In this document: in pieces, positions 54,678-63,950 of the stretch | How positions within the stretch are numbered: the first letter of the stretch is position 1 | Layout: the number at the start of each line of letters is the position of its first letter | DNA from: an uncultured Clostridia bacterium | GTDB lineage: Bacteria; Bacillota; Clostridia; Oscillospirales; Butyricicoccaceae | Direction: 5' to 3' | Assembly: GCA_945947915.1 (NCBI GenBank) | Contig: CAMEZQ010000001.1 | Coordinates: 31,493 to 95,492 of the forward strand | Length of the DNA: 64,000 nucleotides | Notes under the pieces: generated by a model | Seen by the model: only the letters and a program-made list of their open reading frames with translations | Database searches by the model: none | What the model was told of the DNA's origin: nothing | Position numbers and translations under genes: made by a program

Positions 54678-54992
54678 TCAGTCGGCGTCTTCGTCCAGGG
54701 CTTCGATGAGGAAGCTGACCGGGCGGAAGCCGTCGTTGCAGGAGATCATGGCCGAGCGGCCGCACCGCATCCAGCCGTCGTAAAGATCGGACGCGCCGTG
54801 GGAGAGGGCCATCACAAAGGGCGACATGCTCTCCCAGGCGCTGAGACAGAGGCCTTCCGGCCGCTGCCAGCCGTTGGCCACAAAGACCTGCCCTTCCCGC
54901 AGGTCGCAGGCGTGTTGGATGGGGTTTTCATAGGCGGCGATCAGATCGTCGTAGCGGGCCGTTTTCATAACGGTGATGCGGCATTTTTTCAT
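54678..54992 (-). CDS. TIGR04076 family protein
   Basis: MKKCRITVMKTARYDDL...GLCLSAWESMSPFVMAL...ISCNDGFRPVSFLIE fits TIGR04076 as I recall it. Confidence 0.7.
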   Translation of the reverse strand: MKKCRITVMKTARYDDLIAAYENPIQHACDLREGQVFVANGWQRPEGLCLSAWESMSPFVMALSHGASDLYDGWMRCGRSAMISCNDGFRPVSFLIEALDEDAD

Positions 54993-55181
54993 ATGTATAT
55001 CCTCCGGATTGTTGGTGGAAAGGGGTCCTGCGGCTATTTTACCATGCCGGACGGCCGGATGCAAAATATTCCCGGCTTTGTGATTTTCATCACAGACTGA
55101 CGCCGGCGGGTCAGGTGTATAATCCTAAATAAGAAAAAGTAAGTTTCTGATGCTGAAAAGAATATTTAATGGAGGGAAATT

Positions 55182-55931
55182 ATGAAAAGACTGGAAAATA
55201 AAGTTGCGATCGTCACCGGCGGCAGCCGCGGCATCGGCTTTGCCACCGTACGCGCTTTTCTGCGGGAGGGCGCCGCGGTCATTCTCTGCGCCAGCCGGCA
55301 GGAAACGGCCGACAAGGCCGTGGCCCAGCTGCGTGAGGAGTTTCCCGGCGCTGTGGTCGAGGGAATCATCCCCAATCTGACCGATTACGCCGACGTCAAG
55401 GAGGCTTTCGGTAAGGTCATCGAGAAATACGGCCGTGTGGACATTCTGGTCAATAACGCCGGTATGTCGGACAGCACACCCTTTGTCAATTACACAGACG
55501 AGCTGTTTGCCAAGGTCATGGGCCTCAATGTCCAGGCCATGTTCAACTGCACCCATGCCGTTGTGGGGCAGATGGTCGACCAGGGAAGCGGCGTTATCCT
55601 CAACACCTCTTCGATGGTCAGCCTCCACGGACAGCCCAGCGGCATCGCATATCCCACCTCCAAGGCGGCCGTCAACGGCTTTACCAACTCGCTGGCCCGC
55701 GAGCTGGGCCCCAAGGGCATCCGGGTCAACGCCGTTGCCCCCGGCATCACCGAAACCGATATGATGAAATCGGTGCCCAAGCAGGTCATTGATCCCCTGA
55801 TCGCCGCCGTTCCGCTGCGCCGTCTGGGGCAGCCTGAGGATATTGCCAATGCTTTCGTCTTTCTGGCATCCGACGAGGGCGCCTATATCACGGGCGTCGT
55901 CCTGAGCGTCGACGGCAAGGCGCGTTCCTAA
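55182..55931 (+). CDS. SDR-family oxidoreductase (FabG-like)
   Basis: VTGGSRGIGFA, NNAG, YPTSKAA. Confidence 0.9.
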   Translation: MKRLENKVAIVTGGSRGIGFATVRAFLREGAAVILCASRQETADKAVAQLREEFPGAVVEGIIPNLTDYADVKEAFGKVIEKYGRVDILVNNAGMSDSTPFVNYTDELFAKVMGLNVQAMFNCTHAVVGQMVDQGSGVILNTSSMVSLHGQPSGIAYPTSKAAVNGFTNSLARELGPKGIRVNAVAPGITETDMMKSVPKQVIDPLIAAVPLRRLGQPEDIANAFVFLASDEGAYITGVVLSVDGKARS

Positions 55932-55965
55932 GGACGGAAAAAGGCACAGACAGAATCAAACAAAT

Positions 55966-55997
55966 CAAAGAGGCCGGATCCTGGATCCGGCCTCTTT
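55966..55997. terminator. Bidirectional intrinsic terminator
   Basis: AAAGAGGCCGGATCC/GGATCCGGCCTCTTT. Confidence 0.8.
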
Positions 55998-56006
55998 TGC
56001 GTAAAA

Positions 56007-56666
56007 TCAGAGCAGCGACAGGCGGCGCAGGCCCTCGCTGTCCAGGATCTCCACCGTGCCGCGGGTCAGGCGCACCAGGCCTTGGTGCTGGAAATGCTGC
56101 AGGATGCGCGAGATCACCTCGCGGGCCGTGCCCAGATGGCCGGCCAGGCGTTCGTGGGTGATGTGCAGGCAGGCGGTCTGTTCGATCCGGCTCTCCTCCA
56201 GCAGAAAACCGGCCAGGCGGCTGTCCAGATGTTTCCACAGAAGCTGGCTGATGCAGGCGGTCATGGTCAGAAGCCGGCCGGACAGAAGCTGGCTGTTCCA
56301 GCGGGCCACCGGCAGGGAATGCTCCGCCAGCTGGGTGAAGATCCGGGCCGGCAGGGTCCACAGGATCGTTTCGCGCTCCGTTTCGGCCATGATGTCGAAG
56401 GGCAGATCGGGCAGCAGAAAGGCGGCGGGCAGAATGCACACTTCGCCGGCCTGCAGGCGGTAAAGGGTCATTTCCTGCCCGGCGGCCGACAGCATATAAA
56501 TGCGCAGCAGGCCCTTTTCGATCAGCATGACGCCGAGCGGCTCGTCGGCCGTTTCCCGAAAGGCGGCGCCGGAGGCCACCGGCAGGCGCTGGGCATGCTG
56601 CTTCAGCAGGGTGCGGTCCTTTTCATCCAGCTCGTCCCAGAATGGCAAAAAATCAGTAATAGGCAT
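56007..56666 (-). CDS. Crp/Fnr-family transcriptional regulator
   Basis: cNMP-binding-like beta-roll followed by the HTH segment HERLAGHLGTAREVISRILQHFQHQGLV. Confidence 0.88.
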   Translation of the reverse strand: MPITDFLPFWDELDEKDRTLLKQHAQRLPVASGAAFRETADEPLGVMLIEKGLLRIYMLSAAGQEMTLYRLQAGEVCILPAAFLLPDLPFDIMAETERETILWTLPARIFTQLAEHSLPVARWNSQLLSGRLLTMTACISQLLWKHLDSRLAGFLLEESRIEQTACLHITHERLAGHLGTAREVISRILQHFQHQGLVRLTRGTVEILDSEGLRRLSLL

Positions 56667-56701
56667 CAGATGTTTTCCTTTCAGCGCGGTGGGCAAACAG
56701 C

Positions 56702-57607
56702 TCAAAGATGGCGCGGTGTTTGGGAAATGGAGGCGTCCAGCCGGCGCTTCTCGGTTTCGTAAATACGCTCGGCAAAGGCGCGGATCTTGTTGCAGATCCA
56801 CATATCGGCCGTCGTGCCTTCGGTGTAATCGGCCTCGGCATACATGTGGATGCGCCCGTCCATCCGCAGCTGCTCCACCTGGCGCAGTGCCGCAAGGTCG
56901 CCTTTGGGATAGATGGCAAAGGTGGTGCCGCCGTTTTTGTTGACGAGGGAAAAGGCCGGGATATCGCTGGGGCCGTCGGCGATGTAGATCATATTCTCAA
57001 AGGACACCCGGCGCAGGGCCGCCGGCATTTTGGAATTGACGTCGATATGGGGATTCTGCGGCACGCCCTTGTTGATCTCAAAAAGGGCGCGGGTCTTGGA
57101 GGTATTGTCGATGGTGTAGCCCAGCTCGCTGATGACCCGTTCGCCGCCGGTGGTGTCTTCGATGAATTCACAGCCCCAGACGGCCTCCACGTGCTGCATC
57201 ACGGCCGAGCCGCGGATGACAGCCGCCATGCCGGTGCTGACCACATAGTGCTCGACCTTGATATCGTGCTCCCGGTAGGCCCGGTCCTCGGCCACCAGCT
57301 GTTTGGTGCGCTCAAAGATCTCCGGAACGCCGGGATAAAAGACCAGCTCTCGGCCAAAGGCCTCCAGCATGGCGTTGTTCAGGCCAGGAAAGACGCCGCG
57401 CCGGGTGCAGTTGATGAAGTGGTTGAGGTAGATGGTCTCCCGGTTGACGCGCACGCCCTGCTCCCGCATGTATTTGTCGGGCAGGGCGTTGACCTCGGCC
57501 CAGAAGGCGTTGGGATCGACGCCGTATTTTTTGAAGATCGGGTCCTGCATATAGCCGTTGACCAGCGTTTTGTCGAAATCCCAGATGACGGCGATGATGT
57601 TTGCCAT
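56702..57607 (-). CDS. HAD-superfamily hydrolase
   Basis: Motif I WDFDKT (DxDxT) and motif IV IADGPSD; 301 aa. Confidence 0.78.
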   Translation of the reverse strand: MANIIAVIWDFDKTLVNGYMQDPIFKKYGVDPNAFWAEVNALPDKYMREQGVRVNRETIYLNHFINCTRRGVFPGLNNAMLEAFGRELVFYPGVPEIFERTKQLVAEDRAYREHDIKVEHYVVSTGMAAVIRGSAVMQHVEAVWGCEFIEDTTGGERVISELGYTIDNTSKTRALFEINKGVPQNPHIDVNSKMPAALRRVSFENMIYIADGPSDIPAFSLVNKNGGTTFAIYPKGDLAALRQVEQLRMDGRIHMYAEADYTEGTTADMWICNKIRAFAERIYETEKRRLDASISQTPRHL

Positions 57608-57809
57608 ATTCCTGCAGCTCCTTTCCTGCGTATCCGGTGGGAGACTTTTTGGTCCTTATTTTTTTATTATACAGTTCACCGGAGAGATGCGCAATGCGGA
57701 GAGAAAAATTAACAGGAGAATTTTAGAATTCTTTTAGAACTGCCCGCTTTATTCCGCGATCGTGTCATGGTAAAATAAAGAAAAATCTTAGGATACGGAG
57801 CATTCAGCT

Positions 57810-58685
57810 ATGCAGAATTTAAAAACCGGCCTTGTCCTGGAGGGCGGCGCCATGCGCGGGCTGTTCACCGCCGGCGTCATCGACGTTCTGATGGAGCACG
57901 GCGTTGCCTTCGACGGCATGATCGGCGTTTCGGCCGGCGCCGCCTTCGGCTGCAATTACAAATCCAACCAGCCCGGGCGGGTGGTGCGGTATCTCACCAA
58001 ATATGTGTCCGACCCCCGTTACGGCGGTCTGCGCTGCTGGCTGCGCACGGGAGATCTTTTCAACGCCCAGTTCTGCTATCACGAGATCCCCGACAAGCTG
58101 GATCCCTTTGACGCCGAGACCTTCCGGCAGTCGCCCATGGCCTTTTATGTGGTCTGCACCGACGTCCGCACCGGCCGCCCGGTCTATAAAAAGTGCGACG
58201 TCATGGACGAGACCGGCGTGGAGTGGGTGCGGGCTTCGGCCTCCATGCCGCTGGCCGCCCGCGTTGTGGAGGTGGAGGGCTATAAGCTGCTGGACGGCGG
58301 CCTGGCCGATTCCATTCCCCTTCGCTGCCTGGAAAACCAGGGCTACGGCCGCAATGTGGTCATTCTCACTCAGCCCGAGGGCTTCGTCAAGAAAAAGAAC
58401 CGGATGCTGCCGGCAGTGCGTGCCGCCCTGCGGCAATACCCCAAGGTGGCGGAGACGCTGGCGCGCCGCCATACGGTCTATAACGAGACCCGGGCCTATA
58501 TCGCCATGCGGCAGCGGGAGGGCGCCGTTTACGCCGTCTATCCCGACGCGCCGCTGGAAATCGGCCATTACGAACGGGATCCCGAACGCCTGCGGGCCGT
58601 TTATCAGCGGGGCCGCGCGGCGGGCGCACAGCACCTGGAAGCGATCTGCGCATTTCTGGAGCGCCCCGCGGCAGAAAGAATATGA
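57810..58685 (+). CDS. Patatin-like phospholipase
   Basis: EGGAMRG oxyanion motif, GVSAGA (GxSxG), LLDGG (catalytic Asp). Confidence 0.9.
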   Translation: MQNLKTGLVLEGGAMRGLFTAGVIDVLMEHGVAFDGMIGVSAGAAFGCNYKSNQPGRVVRYLTKYVSDPRYGGLRCWLRTGDLFNAQFCYHEIPDKLDPFDAETFRQSPMAFYVVCTDVRTGRPVYKKCDVMDETGVEWVRASASMPLAARVVEVEGYKLLDGGLADSIPLRCLENQGYGRNVVILTQPEGFVKKKNRMLPAVRAALRQYPKVAETLARRHTVYNETRAYIAMRQREGAVYAVYPDAPLEIGHYERDPERLRAVYQRGRAAGAQHLEAICAFLERPAAERI

Positions 58686-58712
58686 TGTTTCCTATGGGAA
58701 ACCGGCATAGAA

Positions 58713-58746
58713 AAAGAACCGGCCTTCTGCGGAAGGCCGGTTCTTT
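58713..58746. terminator. Bidirectional intrinsic terminator
   Basis: AAAGAACCGGCCTTC-TGCG-GAAGGCCGGTTCTTT. Confidence 0.85.
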
Positions 58747-58769
58747 GGATCACGGCGGAAGGGAAACGG

Positions 58770-59714
58770 TCAGAAAGTGACCAGTTCCTTGTCGGGGGCC
58801 GGGCCGGGGCTGGGCTCCAGCTGTTCGATGTAGAGCATGGGGCCGCGGCCTTCGTAGAGGTCAATGTCCTCCACGGCCACCCGGGCAGTCACCCAGACCC
58901 AGTCGCGGGTGTGTACTTTATCCACATAGGCGGGCCCCATGCAGATCAGGCCGAAGAAGCTGATGTCTTCGGCACAGCAGACCATGGCGTGTCGCCCGGC
59001 CACAAAGCTGCCCCGGGGGAAGCGCTTGTCCTTGGCCACGCGGCCCAGGAAGCGGACAATCTTGCCGGCATATCGGTCGGGGTGTTCCAGAATATCCACA
59101 TACCAGAAGCCGAAGTCCTCATCGGCCACGTCCAGCCGGTCGCCGGACAGGTCGAAGGGGCAGATGGTGCCGTCGTCGTATTCCTCGTCGGTGCCGTCCC
59201 GGTAGGAGAGGAAGATCTCGGCCCGGCGGTTGACCATTTTCAGGTTGCGCTTGCGCAGGGCGGCGGCCAGCTCCTTGGTGCAGCGGTTAAAGACGATCAT
59301 ATCGGCACCCATGAGCTTTTCCATCATAATGGCGCCCATATTTTTGACGTACAGGTCAAAGGTGGCGGCGTCGACGGTGACCACCAGCTGATAGATGACC
59401 CAGTTGGCCGGCATGTTCTGCTCGAAATTGGCCAGTGACCACATGCCGTTGTATTCGATGACGATCTGGTCGGGCCGGTAATCCCGCTCCAGCTCGTTGA
59501 GCCGGAAGACGTTGATCTCCTCTTCCGATTCGATGGTCTCCATCACCACGTTGTGGGCGGCCAGCTCCAGAGGATCGTATTCCTCCATGCCTTCCTCGCA
59601 GAGGAGCAGCAGGGTGCGGCAGTCGTCGGTAAAGCTGCTGCGCAGGGTCTCCCGGGCGAACTGGGTCTTGCCGGAATCAAGAAACCCGGCAAAGATATAT
59701 ACGGGTATTTCCAT
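58770..59714 (-). CDS. G3E-like P-loop protein lacking CxCC, with DUF1980-like C-terminal CC-motif domain
   Basis: Walker A AGFLDSGKT. No CxCC motif. The C-terminus GKIVRFLGRVAKD...FVAGRHAMVCCAEDISFFGLIC resembles the TIGR03943/DUF1980 C-terminal domain. Confidence 0.7.
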   Translation of the reverse strand: MEIPVYIFAGFLDSGKTQFARETLRSSFTDDCRTLLLLCEEGMEEYDPLELAAHNVVMETIESEEEINVFRLNELERDYRPDQIVIEYNGMWSLANFEQNMPANWVIYQLVVTVDAATFDLYVKNMGAIMMEKLMGADMIVFNRCTKELAAALRKRNLKMVNRRAEIFLSYRDGTDEEYDDGTICPFDLSGDRLDVADEDFGFWYVDILEHPDRYAGKIVRFLGRVAKDKRFPRGSFVAGRHAMVCCAEDISFFGLICMGPAYVDKVHTRDWVWVTARVAVEDIDLYEGRGPMLYIEQLEPSPGPAPDKELVTF

Positions 59715-59723
59715 GGCGTCCGG

Positions 59724-60926
59724 TTATGCTCTGTGGGCGAAGAGGGCCTGCAGCGCCTCTTCCTCCAGCTTGGAGCCGATGACGCACAGGCGGCCGGTAT
59801 AGTCGGCGCTGCCGGTGCGGATCTCCGGCTCGCCCGGCGTATAGTCGAAGTGATACCAGGTGTTTTCGGCGTCGGCAGCCGGGACGATGCCCTTGGCGCG
59901 CAGGACCATGCCGTAGCGCTTGCTGTCGTCCAGTTCGGTCAGGATATGCTCCAGATCGGCCTTGGAGAAGGGCAGCGGCGATTCATAGCCCCAGCTGGTG
60001 AAGACCTCGTCGGCGTGGTGATGCTCGTGGCCGCAGCCGCAGGAGCAGGTCTCGCCGTGCTCGTGCTCATGGTCGTGATGATGGCCGCAGGAGCAGCCTT
60101 CCTCGTGCTCATGCTCGTGGTGATGGCCGCAGGAGCAGCCTTCTTCGTGCTCGTGCTCATGCTCGTGCTCATGCTCGTGCTCATGCTCATGCTCATGATG
60201 ATGGCCGCAGGAGCAGGTTTCCTCGTGCTCGTGATCATGCTCGTGATGGTGGCCGCAGGAACAGCCTTCCTCGTGCTCATGCTCGTGGTCATGGCTGTGC
60301 TGCAGCTCATGCAGGACTTCATCGGCCAGCGAATGGCCGTCCATGGCTTCCAGGATCTTCTGGGCAGGCAGCTGATCCCAGGGGGTGGTGATGATGGGGG
60401 CCTTTTCGTTGTGCTGGCGCAGCAGCTCGACCATGGCCGAGACCTTGTCGGGGGTCATGTTCTGGGTGCGGCTGAGCAGGATGGTGCCGGCGTATTCCAC
60501 CTGGTCGGCGAAGAATTCGCCAAAGTTCTTGAGGCAGATCTTGCAGCGGGGACCGTCAACGACAGCCACCGAGCTGCCCAGCTCCATGGGAACTTCCTCA
60601 CCGGCGCGGAGAACGGCCTTGGTGACGTCCGACAGCTTGCCGACGCCCGAGGGCTCGATGATGACGCGGTCAGGGGCAAATTCAGTGACCACCTGCTTGA
60701 GGGCCTTGCCGAAGTCGCCCACCAGCGAGCAGCAGATGCAGCCCGAATTCATTTCGGTGATCTGAACGCCGGCGTCCTTAAGGAAGCCGCCGTCGATGCC
60801 GATCTCACCGAATTCGTTTTCGATCAGGACGATCTTCTCGCCCTGCAGCGCTTCGGCCAGCAGCTTTTTGATGAGCGTTGTCTTGCCAGCTCCGAGAAAA
60901 CCGGAGACGATGTCGATTCTTGTCAT
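59724..60926 (-). CDS. COG0523 (CobW/ZigA-like) metallochaperone GTPase with His/Cys-rich repeat insert
   Basis: GFLGAGKTT Walker A and the GCICC metal motif. There is a ~98-aa His/Glu/Cys repeat before the CobW_C-like end. Start set at MTRIDIV. Confidence 0.88.
   Translation of the reverse strand: MTRIDIVSGFLGAGKTTLIKKLLAEALQGEKIVLIENEFGEIGIDGGFLKDAGVQITEMNSGCICCSLVGDFGKALKQVVTEFAPDRVIIEPSGVGKLSDVTKAVLRAGEEVPMELGSSVAVVDGPRCKICLKNFGEFFADQVEYAGTILLSRTQNMTPDKVSAMVELLRQHNEKAPIITTPWDQLPAQKILEAMDGHSLADEVLHELQHSHDHEHEHEEGCSCGHHHEHDHEHEETCSCGHHHEHEHEHEHEHEHEHEHEEGCSCGHHHEHEHEEGCSCGHHHDHEHEHGETCSCGCGHEHHHADEVFTSWGYESPLPFSKADLEHILTELDDSKRYGMVLRAKGIVPAADAENTWYHFDYTPGEPEIRTGSADYTGRLCVIGSKLEEEALQALFAHRA
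60015..60308 (-). repeat. In-frame tandem repeat encoding five (E/T)(G/C)CSCG-HHH-(E/D)H units
   Basis: Protein residues ~216-313: HELQHSHDHEHEHEEGCSCGHHHEHDHEHEETCSCGHHHEHEHEHEHEHEHEHEHEEGCSCGHHHEHEHEEGCSCGHHHDHEHEHGETCSCGCGHEHHH. The DNA shows reiterated CTCGTGCTCATG units. Confidence 0.9.
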
Positions 60927-61101
60927 ATGGATTTCCTTTCTGCATACATGCATTTTTTATTCCCTTCTATTTTAGTCCGATCCAGAAAAAATGCAAGGGT
61001 GTGGAAGAAAAAGTCGGGCCGCGGCAGCGGGCGCGTGGACAGGCGCGCCCCGCCGCGTTATACTGGACCTGAAAATATTCTGTCCGAACGGAGATATTGT
61101 T

Positions 61102-61866
61102 ATGAAGATCACCTGGTACGGCACGGCCTCATTGGCGGTGGAAACGGTCGAAGTGGCGCTGTTGTTCGACCCCTTTGTGCCGGCGCGGGGCAGCAAAGTC
61201 GAAATCATGCCCGGCGATTACGGGGCTTTTACGCAGATCCTGCTGACCCACGCCCACCTCGATCATATTTCCAGCCTGCCAGCGCTTTGTGCCTGCCGGC
61301 CCCGGGAGGTGTGGGGCACGGCGGCGGCCGGCGCGGCAATGAAGGCGCTGGGGGTGACCGGCGCCCGTTATCACCGGCTGACGCCGGGAGACCGCCTTTC
61401 TTTCGGCGATCTGGAGGTGACCTGCTGCCCGGGCCGCCACATCCGGTTCGATCCGGCGCTGGTGATGCACACCCTGTGGAGCTCCGAAATGTTGCGGTAC
61501 GGCTATAATATCCTGCCGATGCTGCGCACCCATCTGCGCTGCCGAGAAAGGGGAGAAACGGTGGTCTATCAGATCGACGACGGCGGCCGGCGCGTCCTGC
61601 TGCTGGGCAGCATGGGGCTGGACCCGGATTTTGACTATCCCCAAAACGCCGATCTGCTGGTCCTGCCCTATCAGGGCCGCAGCCGGCTGCTGGAGCCGGC
61701 CATGGAGGTCCTCCGGCGGCTGGCGCCCAAAGCCGTCCTGCTGGATCATTTCGACAACACTTTTCCCCCGCTCAGCCGCGAGATCGACACCGGGGAACTG
61801 GTGCGGGCCCTTGCCGGACGCCTGACGGTGGTGCGGCTGGAGCACGGCGGCAGTCTGACGCTTTAG
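61102..61866 (+). CDS. MBL-fold metallo-hydrolase
   Basis: LLTHAHLDHISS (HxHxDH). Start set at MKITWYGTAS. Confidence 0.85.
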   Translation: MKITWYGTASLAVETVEVALLFDPFVPARGSKVEIMPGDYGAFTQILLTHAHLDHISSLPALCACRPREVWGTAAAGAAMKALGVTGARYHRLTPGDRLSFGDLEVTCCPGRHIRFDPALVMHTLWSSEMLRYGYNILPMLRTHLRCRERGETVVYQIDDGGRRVLLLGSMGLDPDFDYPQNADLLVLPYQGRSRLLEPAMEVLRRLAPKAVLLDHFDNTFPPLSREIDTGELVRALAGRLTVVRLEHGGSLTL

Positions 61867-61892
61867 GGCGGCGCGCGGGGAGGGGGAGAAGA

Positions 61893-61925
61893 AAGACCGG
61901 ACGGCCAGTGCGGCAGTCCGGTCTT
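61893..61925. terminator. Weak hairpin between convergent genes
   Basis: AAGACCGGAC...GTCCGGTCTT, 10-bp stem, 13-nt loop, poor U-tract. Confidence 0.4.
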
Positions 61926-61943
61926 GATTGAAAACGCAGGTGA

Positions 61944-62984
61944 TCAGAAGGTCAGGATATCATGGGCCAGCTGTTCGGCGTCTTCCATGCGGGTGCACCA
62001 GCTGGTGCAGAAACGGACGGCCGTGTGGGCGTCGTCCATCTTTTCCCAGGTGGCGTAGGCGTATTTGGCCGAAAGGGCGTCGAGCACCGTGTTGGGCAGG
62101 ATGGGGAACTGCTGGTTGGTGGGCGAGTCGCAGAAGAAGGGGTAGCCCTTCTGGATGCAGGCGTTCCGGATCACGGCGGCGGCTTCGTTGGCGTGGCGGC
62201 CCAGCTCGTAATAGAGGCCGTCTTCAAAGAGGGTCTCGAACTGGATGCCCAGCAGGCGTCCCTTGGCCAGCAGGCCGCCCTTCTGCTTGATCATATAGGG
62301 GAAGTCCTCCCGCAGCAGGGGGTGGCACAGCACCAGCGCTTCGCCGAACAGGGCGCCCACCTTGGTGCCGCCGATGTAGAAGGCGTCGCACAGCCGGGCG
62401 ATGTCGGGCAGGGTCAGGTCGCTGCCCGGAGCCGTCAGACCATAGCCCATGCGGGCGCCGTCCATGTACAGGTAAAGGCCGTACTTCCGGCAGACCTCGT
62501 GCAGGGCCGTCAGCTCCGCCTTGGTATACAGGGTGCCGATCTCGGTGGGATGGGAGATATACACCATCTTGGGCTGGACCATATGGATCTGGGTCTCGTC
62601 GCTGAAGTGGCTGTCCACGGCTTTTTCCACCTGGGCGGCCGTGATCTTGCCGTCGGCGGAGGGCAGGGTGAGGACCTTGTGGCCGGTGGCCTCAATGGCG
62701 CCGCTTTCGTGGATGTTGATATGACCGCTCTGGGCCGACAAAACGCCCTGGTGGGGGCGGAGAGCGGCGGAGATGACGGTCAGATTGGTCTGGGTGCCGC
62801 CCACCAGCAGCCAGACGTCGGCATCGGGGTTGCCGCAGGCCTCCAGGATCAGCGCGCGGGCACGGTCGCAGTGGGGGTCTTCGCCATAGCCGGCCGTCTG
62901 CTCGAAATTGGTGTCGGACAGGCGCTGCAGGATGCGCGGATGGGCGCCTTCGTTATAGTCACAGTTGAAACGGATACGGTTCAT
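61944..62984 (-). CDS. Low-specificity threonine aldolase / beta-eliminating lyase family (PLP)
   Basis: FNCDYNEGAHPRIL, GGTQTNL, FYIGGTKVGA (PLP Lys). ATG at 62984 lies 8 nt after GAAGGAGG. Confidence 0.85.
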   Translation of the reverse strand: MNRIRFNCDYNEGAHPRILQRLSDTNFEQTAGYGEDPHCDRARALILEACGNPDADVWLLVGGTQTNLTVISAALRPHQGVLSAQSGHINIHESGAIEATGHKVLTLPSADGKITAAQVEKAVDSHFSDETQIHMVQPKMVYISHPTEIGTLYTKAELTALHEVCRKYGLYLYMDGARMGYGLTAPGSDLTLPDIARLCDAFYIGGTKVGALFGEALVLCHPLLREDFPYMIKQKGGLLAKGRLLGIQFETLFEDGLYYELGRHANEAAAVIRNACIQKGYPFFCDSPTNQQFPILPNTVLDALSAKYAYATWEKMDDAHTAVRFCTSWCTRMEDAEQLAHDILTF

Positions 62985-63039
62985 TGCCGGATCCTCCTTC
63001 ATATAAAAATAATACAATAAAGAATGATGGAATGCGGGA

Positions 63040-63885
63040 TCAATAGGCCACAACGATGCCGCCGTCGAAGGCGTAGAAGGTGCTGAGGCCGCCGGTGGGC
63101 AGGATCTGGATCTCGGTGATGCCGGGGCACTTTTCCAGGATCAGCTTTTTCACTTCCAGAGCGCGCTCGGGACAGTTGCAGTGGGAGATGCAGAGGGGCT
63201 TTTTCTCCCGGCCGGCAGCTTCCATCTTCAGCTCCTGGCTGTGGACGTGGTCGACCGTGCGGGCCAGGGCGTTGCTGATGCCGCGCACCTTGCCCAGCGG
63301 CAGGATATTGCCGCTGCCGTCTTCGCCCATGATGGGACGGATCTGCATGAAGGTGGCCAGCTGGCCGGAGAACTTGCCAATGCGCCCGGCCTTGATGAGA
63401 TAATCCAGGCTGTCGAGCACGAAATAGGTGCGCATGCTGTGCAGATAGGCTTCACCCTGGGTGACGATCTCGTCAAAGGAAAGGCCGCGACCGATCATGT
63501 CGGCCAGCTCAAAAGCCAGCCGGGCTTCGCCTGCCGACGCGCTGCAGGAATTGAAAACGTGGACCCGGCCGCTGCCGGTTTTCAGCTCGGTGCCGGCCAC
63601 AGCGCTCTGGTAGGAGCCGGAGAGATTGGCCGAGAGGGTGATGACGAAGCAGTCGTCGTCGCCGCTCATGGCTTCGGCGTATTCCAGGGGAGAGGGGCAG
63701 GAGGTGGTGGGCTGCGCCTTGGAGCCGCGCATGGCGGCGATCAGCCAGACGGTGTTGAGCGTGCCGTCGTCGGTATAGCTTTTGCCGTCGATATTGATGC
63801 GCAGGGGCACGTGGATCAGAGGGATGTTTTCCACGGGGAGGCTGCGGGCGTCACAGCAGCTGTCGACGATGATCTTGAAAGACAT
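63040..63885 (-). CDS. DegV-family fatty-acid-binding protein
   Basis: FKIIVDSCCD N-terminus, 281 aa. ATG at 63885 follows AAAGGAG. Confidence 0.88.
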   Translation of the reverse strand: MSFKIIVDSCCDARSLPVENIPLIHVPLRINIDGKSYTDDGTLNTVWLIAAMRGSKAQPTTSCPSPLEYAEAMSGDDDCFVITLSANLSGSYQSAVAGTELKTGSGRVHVFNSCSASAGEARLAFELADMIGRGLSFDEIVTQGEAYLHSMRTYFVLDSLDYLIKAGRIGKFSGQLATFMQIRPIMGEDGSGNILPLGKVRGISNALARTVDHVHSQELKMEAAGREKKPLCISHCNCPERALEVKKLILEKCPGITEIQILPTGGLSTFYAFDGGIVVAY

Positions 63886-63950
63886 GATGATTCTCCTTTG
63901 CATTGGACGGCGCGGCGGCAGCCGGCCGGTGGATATGATGGGAAGAGGGT

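Noticed and set aside
56007-58685. cNMP-binding regulator near a patatin phospholipase, considered as a possible CBASS-like defence module.
   Set aside because: No cyclase or nucleotidyltransferase is present. The Crp-like protein has an ordinary DNA-binding HTH. The genes are on opposite strands, separated by a HAD hydrolase and a promoter region. Composition is native.
60015-60308. Regular short DNA repeats that could be mistaken for a CRISPR array or minisatellite.
   Set aside because: The units are ~12 nt, contiguous with no unique spacers, and in frame within a COG0523 gene, where they encode His/Glu/Cys. I saw no cas genes in the window.
59553-61508. 651-aa plus-strand ORF, including a hydrophobic LVLMLV repeat that looks like TM helices.
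   Set aside because: The repeat is simply the antisense reading of the HEHEHE/CSCG array of the COG0523 gene. The ORF also runs across an intergenic promoter region into the MBL gene in the wrong frame.
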